Part shown: positions 25,330 through 37,999 of the stretch, piece after piece | Position numbering within the stretch: position 1 is the first letter of the stretch | Layout: each line of letters begins with the position of its first letter | Assembly: GCF_001194135.2 (NCBI RefSeq) | Contig: NC_068993.1 | Coordinates: 12,835,153-12,877,549, forward strand | DNA from: Octopus bimaculoides | Lineage: Eukaryota | Length of the DNA stretch: 42,397 nucleotides | Direction of reading: 5' to 3' | The notes under the pieces: generated by a model | Seen by the model: the letters and a program-made list of their open reading frames with translations, nothing else | What the model was told of the DNA's origin: nothing | Databases searched by the model: none | Made by a program: the position numbers and the translations under genes

Positions 25330-25560
25330 TGGTAGAATGGCAGCTTTTATGACTTTTGCCATAGATCTCCTCGATCAAGGTTGAGTTGGGTCTATGCAAA
25401 AAAGAATATTGAGAATGAAGGAACATCTACTTGATGCCCTATCTGCTAGATATAGCAACCACATTTCCTTCAAACCATACCTTTCTGCTTTAATAAAGGA
25501 TATCTAGTTTTATATTGGATACTCTAGTTTTACTTATAGTTATGACTGGAACGTTTGTTA
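25330..25560 (+). mobile_element. Repeat family C (end of one unit plus start of the next)
   Basis: 'catagatctcctcgatcaaggttgagttggg..' followed by 'tgctagatatagcaaccacatttccttcaaacc'. Confidence 0.6.
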
Positions 25561-25569
25561 CAGTCATAA

Positions 25570-25712
25570 CACGCATGTAAAGATGGGTTGCCCTGGTGTA
25601 TGGTGGTAACCTCATGGTTTCGATTCACGGACCGGGCAGACGGTAAATGTATTTCTTGAACAAAGTACTTCACTTAGCTTTCGGGAAGTTCATGTAGCGG
25701 AAAATTTGTACT
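25570..25712 (+). mobile_element. tRNA-headed SINE family D, degenerate
   Basis: B-box-like 'ggtttcgattc' followed by 'tttcttgaacaaagtacttcactt', colinear with 28530-28680. Confidence 0.5.
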
Positions 25713-26663
25713 GACTAATACTAAAGCGTCCCACTTAAGGGTTGGTGGTCTTCTACCCTAAATCGGTAAACTGCATCGAGAACCAGTATAAGTTCTGTCT
25801 TATAAGTCTACAAGCACCAAACAGATTTTGACACAAACATTTACTGCCCAAACGGGATTGACCTGGGTCTACCTAACAGCAACAGCTACGACAATAACCA
25901 GAGCAAAAACAACAACAGAATGCTTCTTATATTTCGTTCTGTTTCCTAATTAAACGATTGATTTAACGGTTAATGACGAAACCACACTAGCTGTTTATTT
26001 TCTCAGCTATTTTTTTTATATTTACCTTTTAGTGTTTTTGTCGCTTTTTAAAAATATTTCAGTGAGTTATTTCGTTTGTTTGTAATTGTTGTTGATAGTA
26101 TGATTGCTGTTGTTGTTGTTGTTGTTGTATGTGTTGTTATTATTGTTGTTGTTCCTATTGTTTAGCTTTGTCTGCTGTATCTCACTCAGTTCAACATATG
26201 TGTGAATAATGATGTGAATTCTGAGACTGTGTAAATAAAAGCGACTTAGGCTTGGAACTGTGGGGTGCCAGCCGGGTATTAAATGTGGCGGTGTTGGAGG
26301 TAGTTGTGGGGAGAATTGTGTTTGTGTTGTTCATGTGAGGTGGTGATGGTGGGTAAAATTTATACGAGTGGGGTGCGATGTCCAGAGAATTCCGAAAAAA
26401 TCAAGACAGCAGGACATTAGTTTATTGTCTGAATATATACATACGTGCGCGTATGTATATGTACTCTACGCATGATTTGAAATGAGACAGACACAACCAC
26501 AGAAATCGTGTGTCTGATGCTCTACGTATACAACCAATCACTAGTCACCATTTGCTTCTCTTTTCTTTCTTAACCACAAGGGTCTAAATATACAATACAA
26601 AAAGGAAGGTTGCAGTATTGGGGAAAATAATAATAATAATAATGATAATAATATTATTATTAT

Positions 26664-26870
26664 TGGCAGAATCGTTAGCACGCCATGCAAAATGCTTAGC
26701 AGCATTTCGCCCGCCTTTACGTTCTTAGTTCAAAATTCTGTTCAGGTCGACTCTGCCGTTCATCCATTCGGGGTCGATAAATTAATTATCAGTCAAGTAC
26801 TAGGGTCGATGTGATCGACTTACACTCTCCCCGCAAATTTCGGACCTTGTGCCTATAGTAGAAAGAATTA
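26664..26870 (+). mobile_element. SINE family A
   Basis: 'tggcagaatcgttagcacgcc..ggggtcgataaattaa..ccttgtgcctatagtagaaagaatta'. Confidence 0.9.
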
Positions 26871-26984
26871 CAATTTCCAATTTTTAACAAAAAGAAAAAG
26901 GATGTAAGAACAATACGAAGACAAATTATGAAAAACAAAAAAAAAATTCTGTGAGTCACTCAGAATCGATCCTGAAATGATCAT

Positions 26985-27200
26985 CAGGATAATTGTTTCT
27001 GATTTAGGCTCAAAGTCAGCGATTTTAGGGGCAGGTAGTTAGTGGATTAAACTCACACCAGTACATGGCTGGTACATAGTTTTATCGAACCCGAAGAGAT
27101 AATAGTTGACCTCGACTAGAATTGAACTCAGAGCTTAAAGAGCCAAACAAATACCGCGAGGCATTTTGCTTGACACTAACGATTCTGCCGAACCAATGCC
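26985..27200 (-). mobile_element. SINE family A, inverted copy
   Basis: Reverse complement reads 'cggcagaatcgttagtgtcaagcaaaatgcc..tgagttcaatt..ttcgataaaac..gtaccagcc..gagcctaaatcagaaacaattat'. Another partial inverted copy follows at about 27240-27345. Confidence 0.8.
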
Positions 27201-27788
27201 GTTAACATTTGCTCCAGGTAGAAGCATACGAACTGAAAATTAGGAGAAGGGTTAATCGATCACAGAGTGACGAAAGGCTAAGTCGACCTTTGTGGAATTT
27301 GAACTCGGAATGTAATGGATCTTAACAAAATATCGTAGAAACTGTGTACCACCACTGTAACGATACTACACAGTCATTAAGAACATACATGTTAGGGAAA
27401 GGTATAGTGGATTTCATCCCCTCAACTACTTCAAGGGAGCTGAGATTTAACTGGTCATATTTGAACTAAGAACTTGATTAAATAATTCTTTATTAAGTAA
27501 CAGATTCTGGCCGTCAGTGTACTGTTTCTGCCACACTTACTGCCCACGAGGTTAACCCACCCCCTGTGCCAAATGAGGAGGTTTCGTGCATGTTGCACAA
27601 GCTAACTAATTGGGTGAAGGTGTGGTATGCAACATAAGAATGTGTGACTTGAAATCTTCTCAGGGGTAATAATGATGTAAATAAAGCAAAAATTGGTTTA
27701 CAACAGGGAATCGAAGTTCGCTTGGAGCGCCCCACTTACACGTTCCCACACACATTCTCTTCTAGTTCTGACTCACTTCCTCCCCATG

Positions 27789-27820
<32 letters not shown>

Positions 27821-27850
27821 CCTCGCACACACACACTCACACAACATACA

Positions 27851-27896
<46 letters not shown>

Positions 27897-28043
27897 NNNN
27901 NNNNNNNNNNNNNNNNNNNNNNNNNNNNNNNNNNNNNNNNNNNNNNNNNNNNNNNNNNNNNNNNNNNNNNNNNNNNNNNNNNNNNNNNNNNNNNNNNNNN
28001 NNNNNNNNNNNNNNNNNNNNNNNNNNNNNNNNNNNNNNNNNNN

Positions 28044-28089
<46 letters not shown>

Positions 28090-28529
28090 CTTCTTGTATA
28101 TTTATTTATATTACATATTTTTTGTCAGCTAATTGGTACTATTATCAGCTTAACGGAAAAGACTGGTGGTGTGAGCAGTAAAAATGTTGAATTATCCTCT
28201 ACAAGAGTAAATAAACGTATTTGTTAATTAAATTAATTAGAACGATAACAGATGATTAATTTTTCAGTTAGTACAAAGCCAATTTTTGAATGGTACTGAT
28301 GCTTGGAATAGTTGACAGAAGCGGGTGTCTATGTATTTCTTGTGGGTTAGTCAGTGTAATAAGTATTCGTTTCATTATAGTAATTAAAACCATTAATTTC
28401 CCATTAACACGCCACAATTATTTGTCGCTTGACTTGTTGCAAACGACAGCCTAATCCCTCTTAAATCGCACCCTGTTGTCGGATTTCCTGCTCAACGGAG
28501 AAACACCCTAACCACTAAAACACGCTGAA

Positions 28530-28680
28530 GACACGTGGATGATTGGATAAATGCTTAGAGTATTGGCCTCACAATTATAAGGTCGTTAGTTCGATTCTCG
28601 TATAGGGAGTTGTATTCTTGAGCAAGTCACTTCGTTTCATGTTCTTACAGTCTATTCACCTAAGACTTTCTAGAAATCTA
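28530..28680 (+). mobile_element. tRNA-headed SINE family D
   Basis: A-box-like 'tggataaatgc', B-box 'agttcgattc', then 'ttcttgagcaagtcacttcgtttc', a MIR/CORE-like junction. Confidence 0.6.
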
Positions 28681-29712
28681 ATATTGAGGAATTCTTTTCT
28701 CCCATTCTAGCTGTCACATCCTCCATGTTTCACTCTGTTAAAGATTGAGGGGGCTAAGAAATAGCTATGTCGGCTTATGATTACATAGACATCTAAAATA
28801 ATTAGCAAATTCATGGTATTTGCGACCAGATAATATTTACTTGTAAGTGATGGCTGGGGGTCTCTAGTTTTTCCCCAGCCAAATCCCTTTGATTACCGGA
28901 CTTACAAACAAGGGTTGAGTTAGTCTAAAAAGAAAAACGACAAAACAAAAATAACGAACATAGACTAAGTAAATCATCTCTTCATGCAAACTATGGTTTC
29001 GATCTTCGATTTCAGCCATGGACAAAATGTGTAAAGGAGTTTTGTAATATATTGAACCGAAGGCACAGAAGATCATACTGCTGTTATATAAATCATCGAC
29101 CACTTTTTTCTCCTGGGGTGCATTTTCAACGAAGAAAAGTAAAGATATAGATAACGGACTAAATTTTTCCACAGATGTCGGCGCAGTTCCAGTCTTAGGT
29201 CTATGGTCATGCTAGAACATTAAAAACGATCAAATACTACTTGACAAGCTTTGAAAGCCGTCTTTTTTTAATCACTAAAATCAAGTTATAAAGCTCAATT
29301 ATTATTCAGTGGAAGTTTGCAAAATATAGACATATTACACAAATTAATGTTGATCTGGGTATATGTAACGTTAGATTTAACAATACTGACTTTGCCAAAG
29401 ATTGAGACCAACAGTGGAAACCATTTGGCCAGCAAAGATTATACAACAGCATTTAAATTGTTACCTACCCCTTATGGAAACAGAAGAGGATGCAAAAGTT
29501 GGCTATATGTGTATATTAGAGAACAGACTACAAGAGTAATATAGTCTTCCAAGGTAGAAGAGCTGTATTAAAGTTTACAGTAGTGCAGTCTTGTATAATA
29601 TAATATTTGGAGTCGTTCCAATTTTCCCAAGCTTCAAGTGGTTGGATGAATGTCAATTGATGCTGAAATCTTCGTAGCATATGAGTATTGGTGCTCTGCA
29701 TGAGCTAGTATG

Positions 29713-29762
<50 letters not shown>

Positions 29763-29886
29763 TGTCTGTTTGTTTGAGACTGTATATGTGCGCTTGCATT
29801 TAATTGCTTAATATGGGTTTTCATTACGTATATTTAAGTGCAAGTGCATATTTAGATTGCATGTCTCGGTACGTATATACACGCAC

Positions 29887-29934
<48 letters not shown>

Positions 29935-30318
29935 GTGTTTGTGTATTAAACATACTTTTGTAAACACCACTTTGAGAGTAAAAATAGCATGAAGGCCTAT
30001 TATTACATATTGTTACATATTTACACTCACCATACTCTATGCAAATGATACCCAGGTGAGTATACACGCATACTCTAAAGCACATGCTCTTCCTCACTCT
30101 CTTTCTTACACCATTCCCCTTCCTGCAAATTTCACTCGCTTCGGCTCACTCCTACTCATCTCTTTTCTTCCTCTCTCACTCTCCTTCTCTCTGCTTTTCT
30201 CTCGCTTTCACTCTCGTACCAAAAATCTTAATCTCTTCCAGGCATCCAGTGTAACTTAATACATAAATATAAATATGTGCTTATGTTCTTCTCCTTTAAG
30301 ACGTTGTGTGTGTGTGTA

Positions 30319-30356
<38 letters not shown>

Positions 30357-31612
30357 CCTGTGTGTTAGAGTTATTAAGTGAGAAGAATAACAAACATTTT
30401 CTGATGTAAAAAACCCAATCCTGGTTATTGAGTTAAATTTATTATATACAGGGGTTAACTTTGATTTTAAGTTTCGCCTCCGGAGGCGNNNNNNNNNNNN
30501 NNNNNNNNNNNNNNNNNNNNNNNNNNNNNNNNNNNNNNNNNNNNNNNNNNNNNNNNNNNNNNNNNNNNNNNNNNNNNNNNNNNNNNNNNNNNNNNNNNNN
30601 NNNNNNNNNNNNNNNNNNNNNNNNNNNNNNNNNNNNNNNNNNNNNNNNNNNNNNNNNNNNNNNNNNNNNNNNNNNNNNNNNNNNNNNNNNNNNNNNNNNN
30701 NNNNNNNNNNNNNNNNNNNNNNNNNNNNNNNNNNNNNNNNNNNNNNNNNNNNNNNNNNNNNNNNNNNNNNNNNNNNNNNNNNNNNNNNNNNNNNNNNNNN
30801 NNNNNNNNNNNNNNNNNNNNNNNNNNNNNNNNNNNNNNNNNNNNNNNNNNNNNNNNNNNNNNNNNNNNNNNNNNNNNNNNNNNNNNNNNNNNNNNNNNNN
30901 NNNNNNNNNNNNNNNNNNNNNNNNNNNNNNNNNNNNNNNNNNNNNNNNTATATATATATATATATATGAGGGGGAGCATAAAAGCTAACAAATTACACTT
31001 CAGTTCTCATTCATTTAGAACATACATTCTCTTTCTCTCTCTCTCTCTCCATTTCTTTCTCCTTCTCTTTCTCAAGAAGTTCTCAGATCCGATGTGGATG
31101 GTCTTCCAAAGTCGACCCGTGTCCCATGACTATGCCTCACCAAGACTCCCAGATATGATCGTCCAACAGATGATATACGAAAACACACATTCATACATAC
31201 ATACATAAATACATACATACATATATTTTCACTCACGCACAATGCGAATATAGAAGCATTAAAGACTGATAAGATCTATTCCATCACCTTTTAGTTTGCC
31301 TTAGTAATTTTACTTCAAGCCTAACTGTATTTTCTTCTTGTGTATCTATCTGTCTTCTTTCAGTTACTCTTACTGCCTTAACCACCACCCACACTCCTTT
31401 ATTCTCATTGTCTCATTCCCTCATCATTTTCTATCAATACATATATCACCCCTTCTTTATTTCTTTCGGTGATCATCTACCTCCAGCTCTTCACTTCACT
31501 TCTGAAAGTTTTCCTCCTATTTCAATATTGTACTGTCTTATTCCCTCTGTCTATTCGTTTCCGACACCTTTCTCCCATGGCACCTTATACAACAATTTTA
31601 TCTGAGCTGCTT

Positions 31613-31656
<44 letters not shown>

Positions 31657-32318
31657 TATATATGAATGTTTATACTTATGTGTGTGTGTGCATATATATA
31701 TGTGAATGTGTGTATATATATGTGTGTGTCTGTGTGACTTTATATGTAAGTGCTCGTGTGTGTGTGTGTGTATGTTCGTCATGCCTACACGAAATGTAGC
31801 ATTTAGTCACAAAAGATAAATCAAAACAGAACAGCTCACTACGTAAAAATAAATTTTCTTTAGTAATTTTGCTTTGACATTCTGTTTAGCTAAAAACCTC
31901 TTGGGGATATAGGCAACACCTCCCTTTCGTACAAAAATGAATGTAAATATATAAATAGAAAGAAAACAACTAAAATCTACAACTGCAGAATCTCCTCTTC
32001 ATCACTATAGAGGTATGAAATATAAAAAAAAAAATAGGTTGCTTAGTACGATATACAAATATAAATGCGGAATAAAAAGAAATTTTGTAGTAAATGTAAA
32101 GAAATTTAAAAAGTAACTCAGGAATTTTAAAGTCATGTTCTAGCATGACCTAAACTTTCATGTAAGATAGACATAAACGAATCCGTATAAATATGTGCTT
32201 ATGTGTGCGTGTTCTTCTAAAAATCTATCTGAAGCTGTTAAATATATTCACCTACACACTATGTGTGTGCGTGTGTCTGTGCATATCTATGGAAATGTAT
32301 GTGCATAAGTAAGTATAT

Positions 32319-32698
32319 AGGTGGAGGCGTGGTTGTGTGGTAAAAAGCTTGCTTCCTAATCAAAAGGCCCCGAGTTCAGTCCGACTGCGTGGCATCTCGA
32401 GCAAGTATTTTCTACTATAGCCTCGGGCAAACCAAACCCTTTTGAATCGATTTATTAGACGGAAACATGTGTATGTATCATTATGTCAGTATTTGTTCCC
32501 CAACCCCAACTGATACGGTGTTGGTGTGTTTATGTCTCGTAACCTAGCGGTTAATCAAAAGAGACGAAGAGACCGGTAGAACGAGTGCGTGGCTTCAAAA
32601 ATATAGCACTTGGGTTGATTCCTTCGACAAAATAATATTGTTCAAGGTAGTCCCAGTATGGCTGCAGTCTAATTACTGTAACAAGTAGAAGACAAAAA
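32319..32698 (+). mobile_element. SINE family B, full-length with tRNA-like head
   Basis: Head 'ggaggcgtggttgtgtggtaaaaagcttgcttcc..gagttcagtcc..ctgcgtggca', body 'tctactatagcctcgggc..accaaa', tail 'ccagtatggctgcagtctaattactgtaacaagta'. Confidence 0.85.
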
Positions 32699-32704
32699 CA
32701 TATA

Positions 32705-32918
32705 CAGGGTGGCCCAAAAGTAGGCTTACAGTTATTCAACTATCTCCTTCACATTCATATGTTAACAGTTTATATCTTAATTATAAAAAAAATATGAAAC
32801 CATTAATCTATGCTAATTTAGTTAAATCGTGAGATAGAAATTTAAATGTAATAAAATGTTTTAAAAGAAATTTAAAGTGCCTACGTAATAACTGTAAACC
32901 AACTTTTGGGCCACCCTG
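32705..32918. mobile_element. Tc1/mariner-type MITE (214 bp) with TA TSD
   Basis: 32-bp TIRs CAGGGTGGCCCAAAAGTAGGCTTACAGTTATT and reverse complement CAGGGTGGCCCAAAAGTTGGTTTACAGTTATT (2 mismatches), flanked by TA at 32703-32704 and 32919-32920, with an AT-rich non-coding interior. Confidence 0.95.
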
Positions 32919-32932
32919 TACACACATATAAA

Positions 32933-32968
<36 letters not shown>

Positions 32969-33165
32969 ATGGGAAAACATGGTGCACTTTGTAGAGTCCA
33001 GATCTAAACGGAGGAAACAAACCATCTTTCATCAATCTCTCTCTCTCTTGCTCTCTCTTATTCTCTCTCTGTCTCTAGCATAGTATTGAGTTGAGTCAAA
33101 ATGCTTGCCAAGCTCGTGAACCAAAAGAATTTGGCTCGCTAATCAATATCGTAGGATGTAATTAC

Positions 33166-33231
33166 TTATTTGATTACATCAGGGGAAAAACCAAATTATT
33201 TGATTACATCAGACGAAAAACGTAATTATTT
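33166..33231. repeat. 30-bp direct tandem repeat (2.2 copies; ttatttgattacatcag core)
   Basis: Units 33166-33195 and 33196-33225 share an identical 17-bp start and an 'gaaaaac' segment. Confidence 0.85.
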
Positions 33232-33463
33232 CCTGTAAATAAATAGTAACAAGACATCTGCTATTGCTATATATATATATAATACTAATTTGAAGAATAA
33301 TAAAATAGTTATATTGTACTAATTGTCTATCTAATTAAAATAAACAAAATTACTATTGCATTGACGAACACAGGTTTTACATTTTATTTATGCTGTTTCG
33401 ATGAATGTAAAGATTAAGAGGAAAGGTTAGCATTTCTCGTTAGTAATATATCTTTATTACGTC

Positions 33464-33677
33464 AGATGGTGAGCTGGCAGAACTGTTAGCACCCCAGGCA
33501 AAAGGCTTAGCTGCATTTCGTCCATTTTTACGTTCCGTGTTCCAATTCGGCCGAGGTAGACTTTGCCTTTCGTCCTTCGAAGGTGGATAAAATAAGTACC
33601 AGCAGTACATTGGGGTCGCTGTAATCTGACTTACTCATTCTCTCAAAATTGTTTGCCTTGTACCGAAATTTGAAACC
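33464..33677 (+). mobile_element. SINE family A
   Basis: 'agatggtgagctggcagaactgttagcacccc..gaggtagactttgcctttcgtcc..ggataaaataagtaccagc..ccttgtaccgaaatttgaaacc'. Confidence 0.88.
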
Positions 33678-33863
33678 AGTATGTCTCTATTGTGTGCGAC
33701 AAGTAAAAGACAAGACAAGTGTTCAGTGAACCTGGCAGGTGTGTTATACGTTTAAGATAGGAATCGAAATTGCGTCTACAACAAGTAGTTATTTATATTG
33801 TAGTTGCCGACTACATTTAATGTTTTATACAAGAAAAGAGCAGCGAGTTAGCACACTTTACGT

Positions 33864-33946
<83 letters not shown>

Positions 33947-33948
<2 letters not shown>

Positions 33949-34052
33949 CTATGGTTGTCTTCCCAACAGCGGTTCGACAAAAAGAGACCGATAGAATAAG
34001 TACTAGGCTTACAAAGAATAAGTCCTGGGGTCAATCTTCTCGACTAAAGGCG
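33947..34052 (+). mobile_element. SINE family B, internally deleted tail fragment
   Basis: 'gagaccgatagaataagtactaggcttacaaagaataagtcctggggtc..cgactaaaggcg'. Confidence 0.88.
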
Positions 34053-34603
34053 TAATGAGTATGTGCAATATGTGTGTGTGTTGTACGTGTATATCTATGC
34101 ATGTGTTTTAGATGCAGATAGTTAGATATATCAACTAAATACAGTAAAAATTTCTATATGCGATGACTATAACGCGATGGTTGACTTTTTCGGGCTATAA
34201 ACTGCAAGACTATTTGGGATTTCACAAAAGTTCAACAAAGAAATATATGACCCATTTTTATGAATATTATCCGGCAAGACGTATTTTCTTTTGCCTGATC
34301 AAACAGAAGACTTAGCGTTGCTAGGAAACCAGCGAACACAGTTGAAACGGTCGAAGAGAAAGAAGGAGAAGGGTTAGAGTCTGTTGAAGATGTAGAAGAG
34401 TTAATAAAAAGTCAGAGAGGCGATGGAGATGGTTAGAGACAAGTTAGGATTACAGAGGTCAACGAATAACGTTAGGAATTAATGCGCTTTATAGGTAGAC
34501 ATGGCTGATATACAAGGATATTTCAGTGCGTATCGTGTACACACTTGTATGTGTATGTGATTATATCCTCTCTCACGATCTCTTTCTCTCTAACACGCGC
34601 ACG

Positions 34604-34678
<75 letters not shown>

Positions 34679-34840
34679 TAGATACACACTTATATATGTG
34701 TATCTATATATGCATGCATGCGTTTGTGTCGATATTTTGTGTGTGTTCGTGTGTGTGTGTGTGTGTATACACATCTGTATATGCGTATGTCTGCGCAAGT
34801 ACATACCTGCACATATATTTGTTTTTGTTACTGTATATGC

Positions 34841-34873
<33 letters not shown>

Positions 34874-35189
34874 TATTCCCTCTCTAATTCTTTCTGTCTC
34901 TCCCTCACACACATGCACACGCATATAAATAGATGCACTTATAAAATTATATTTGTGCATTTCTAAGGCCACATACAACTATCTCAAGAGTAGTAAATCT
35001 GAATTTCATCGGACGGAATATATCCAGGAAGAAAAATATAAAATGCCAATAAGACCAGTAAAAGACAGTGAAACAGAAAGTATTAAAAACATTTGAGAAC
35101 CGAACAAAACCGTCCACCGAAAATGCATATGGCAAATAACTGATAAGATTACACGTGCAGATAGATACATACATACATATATACATATA

Positions 35190-35242
35190 TATTTATACAC
35201 AGTTGATATTTACATATTTTAATGTATGCATGTATGCATGTA

Positions 35243-35313
<71 letters not shown>

Positions 35314-35344
35314 TTTCGTTGTACATACTTTAATGTATGGATGT

Positions 35345-35375
<31 letters not shown>

Positions 35376-35482
35376 CAGTTTAGTTGTACATGCTTTAATG
35401 TATGCATGTATACATATATATACACAGTTTAGTTGTACATGCTTTAATGTATGCATGTGTACATATATATATATATATATGC
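35190..35482. repeat. Minisatellite (4 units, 'acagtttagttgtacatgctttaatgtatgcatgtatac') with variable embedded (TA)n
   Basis: The core recurs at about 35198, 35308, 35375 and 35423, separated by (TA)n of differing length. Confidence 0.9.
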
Positions 35483-35961
35483 ACAAGACACACATTTAAA
35501 GATGTATATATAAGCCTATATGCAAATATATATATAAATAATCCTTATACGTATGTATAATACATACACTCACGCACAGATGTATATAGGATTTGGTATG
35601 TATATGATGCTGTAGGTTGGTTTTGTTCAGTGAATGTGTGCTGGTACTGGAATGATTACCTGCAATACTTGCTTAAGGCTGTGTTCCTTTGCGCATGATC
35701 TTGAAGGATTTGCACTCTCTCGCCTTACACCCCAACTCTAACCACGATGACAGAAGACCGGATTTAATCTCGGAACACACGGAGCCGAAACAAATGCGGC
35801 ATGTCATCTCATCCGACGCTGTAACATTACATCAAATCCTCTATCTATCTATCTATCTACCCATCTATCTATCTGTCTGTCTATCGGGGTCTGTCTCTTG
35901 TTCTGTGTATTTGTCTTTCTATCTCGGTATCTCTCTGTGATTGTGTGTGTGTGTGTGTGTG

Positions 35962-36000
<39 letters not shown>

Positions 36001-36465
36001 CGGTATGGAACAGTGCGATAACATGATTATCTACCATGATGGTTTTGTGATGGTGGACATTGACAGTAAACATGTCAGGTAAGATTTAGAGTAGCTGGGT
36101 GGGTGTTGGACGGGGTAGGATCGGTCAGAAGACAGCATGTATGCTTCTGTTGTGTTGTCTTCATGGTAGATGATGATAATAACCTTGCATTGTAGTAGAT
36201 TATGATAGAGAGGCATTGTTCGTGCTGTCTTAGGATTATGAGAAATAGAAGACACAGCAGAAGCTGAAGTGGTGCATCATTATTAGCAGTTGCAACAGTG
36301 GCGGCGGCGGTGGTGGTGGTGGTAGTGTTGGCGGCGGCGTAGGTGGTTGTTCTTGTTGTTTAGTACTAAACCTGCTCCGATCGGCCAGACCTTTACTCTA
36401 AGGCGTTCATTTTGTGATCGCCATGTTTTGTGTTAGTCCGGACATGAAATATCTTTCTTCTGTCG

Positions 36466-36570
36466 TTTTACTTTTATCAGCCATTGGACTGTAGTCATGC
36501 TGTGTCACTATCTTGAGGAGTTTAGACGAATAGAGTGACCCCAGAACTTCTATTTTGGAATAGTACTTAT
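36466..36570 (-). mobile_element. SINE family B tail, inverted and degenerate (family C fragment adjoins at 36355-36450)
   Basis: 'ttggactgtagtcatgctgtgtcac..tttagacgaatagagtgaccccagaactt..agtacttat' is the reverse complement of the family B 3' end. Confidence 0.7.
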
Positions 36571-36637
36571 ACAATAGTTATGTTTTGTTCCTCTAAGTTG
36601 AGGGGCAAATAGAGGCACAAGGAGACACCTATGCATA

Positions 36638-36681
<44 letters not shown>

Positions 36682-36771
36682 NNNNNNNNNNNNNNNNNNN
36701 NNNNNNNNNNNNNNNNNNNNNNNNNNNNNNNNNNCACACACACACACACACACACACACACACCAGGCTTT

Positions 36772-37004
36772 AAGGCGGCGAGCTAGCAGAAACGTTAGCA
36801 CGCCGGGCGAAATGCTTAGCGATATTTCGTCTGCCGTTACGTTCTGAGTTCAAATTCCACCGGGGTCGACTTTGCCTTTCATCCTTTCAGGGTCGATAAA
36901 TTAAGTACCAGTGAAACACTGGGGTCGATGTAATCGACTTAATCCCTTTGTCTGTCTTTGCTTGTCCCCTCTATGTTTAGCTCCTTGTGAGCAATAAAGA
37001 AATA
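36772..37004 (+). mobile_element. SINE family A head/core with an alternative 3' tail (subfamily A2)
   Basis: Head and core almost identical to 3677 and 38002, but after 'gtaatcgactt' it continues 'aatccctttgtctgtctttgcttgtcccctctatgtttagctccttgtgagcaataaagaaata'. Possible imperfect TSD cacac..caggctt on both sides. Confidence 0.92.
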
Positions 37005-37999
37005 ACACACTTCAGGCTTCCACACAGTTTCTTTCTACCATAATCACTCCCAAGGTGTCACATTGTCAGGTTGAAACCGAAACCGCAAAACCATACTTAC
37101 ACGCACACACACAAACAGTATTATGGGGGTTTCATATTTGTTTCCCTGAAAACCTTCCTATTACTACTACTACTGCTGCTGCTCTCGCAAGTGTATAAAC
37201 ATCTACATAATGGACTTAAATGCTTGAAATGCTGCATTGTCTATAAACAATAATAGGACGGCCCCATCGCTCCAAAATGATATCAGCTCAATTTTTACCA
37301 TTATCGTTATTAGTAACTCTGCAAATTATCTTAATTAACAACCTTATTTTGATCATCATCATCTAAGCATATAAATAAATATATAGTGTGTGTCTGTGTA
37401 GATATAATTATAGCGACATAGAATGTATTAGCTGGATATTTACTGGCTGAAAGACAAAAAAAGTAATGTGTATATATGTGAGGTATATATCTAAAATGTG
37501 TTTAAATGTGTATGTTTCTGTGTCTATTTCTGCATACGAACAAGGTTAATAGAAATGTAAATGGTGTCTTAGATTAGGAATCGAAACGGCAATCCTCATG
37601 TTTATCGGTCAGATTACACTTGATGAGGTTTAATCGCATATCAAATTTCTTTTTCTTAAACAAATATAATCAGTGTTATCTTTCAGCTTCTTTTGTTTGT
37701 TTATTGTTTTTGTCATTATGATGATAGATTTTTGTTTTTCTCTGCTTTTTTTAACTTCTAACTCCCCTCTTCCTGCTGTACAGTATCCCATATCAACATG
37801 GTTCTATGGCTAGCGACCAAAGAATTTTGTCTTAGATTCTTTATTATCAGTTACAGTAACAAAATGGTTTATCATTGGCCATTCATAATTTCAATATGAG
37901 TACGTTTTGACAACTAACATATGTGAATTACGCTTGTAAGAACCGAACGAAAGGTGCAATTAGGGTAGAAAAAAAAAACATATATAATATTTTGATAAC

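Noticed and set aside
28864-29172. 102-aa minus-strand ORF
   Set aside because: It has a GTG start, no recognisable domain and no supporting splice-site pair.
29988-30061. Perfect CAG|GTGAGT donor at 30055/30056
   Set aside because: There is no polypyrimidine-tract acceptor upstream, and the frames are closed or unrecognisable.
30447-30488. TA-CAGGGGTT possible Tc1/mariner left end
   Set aside because: It runs into a 460-nt gap and no partner TIR is visible.
32323-32395. tRNA-like sequences with A/B boxes (also 3677, 28530, 36772, 38000)
   Set aside because: They run directly into SINE bodies and do not form a complete cloverleaf, so they are SINE heads rather than tRNA genes.
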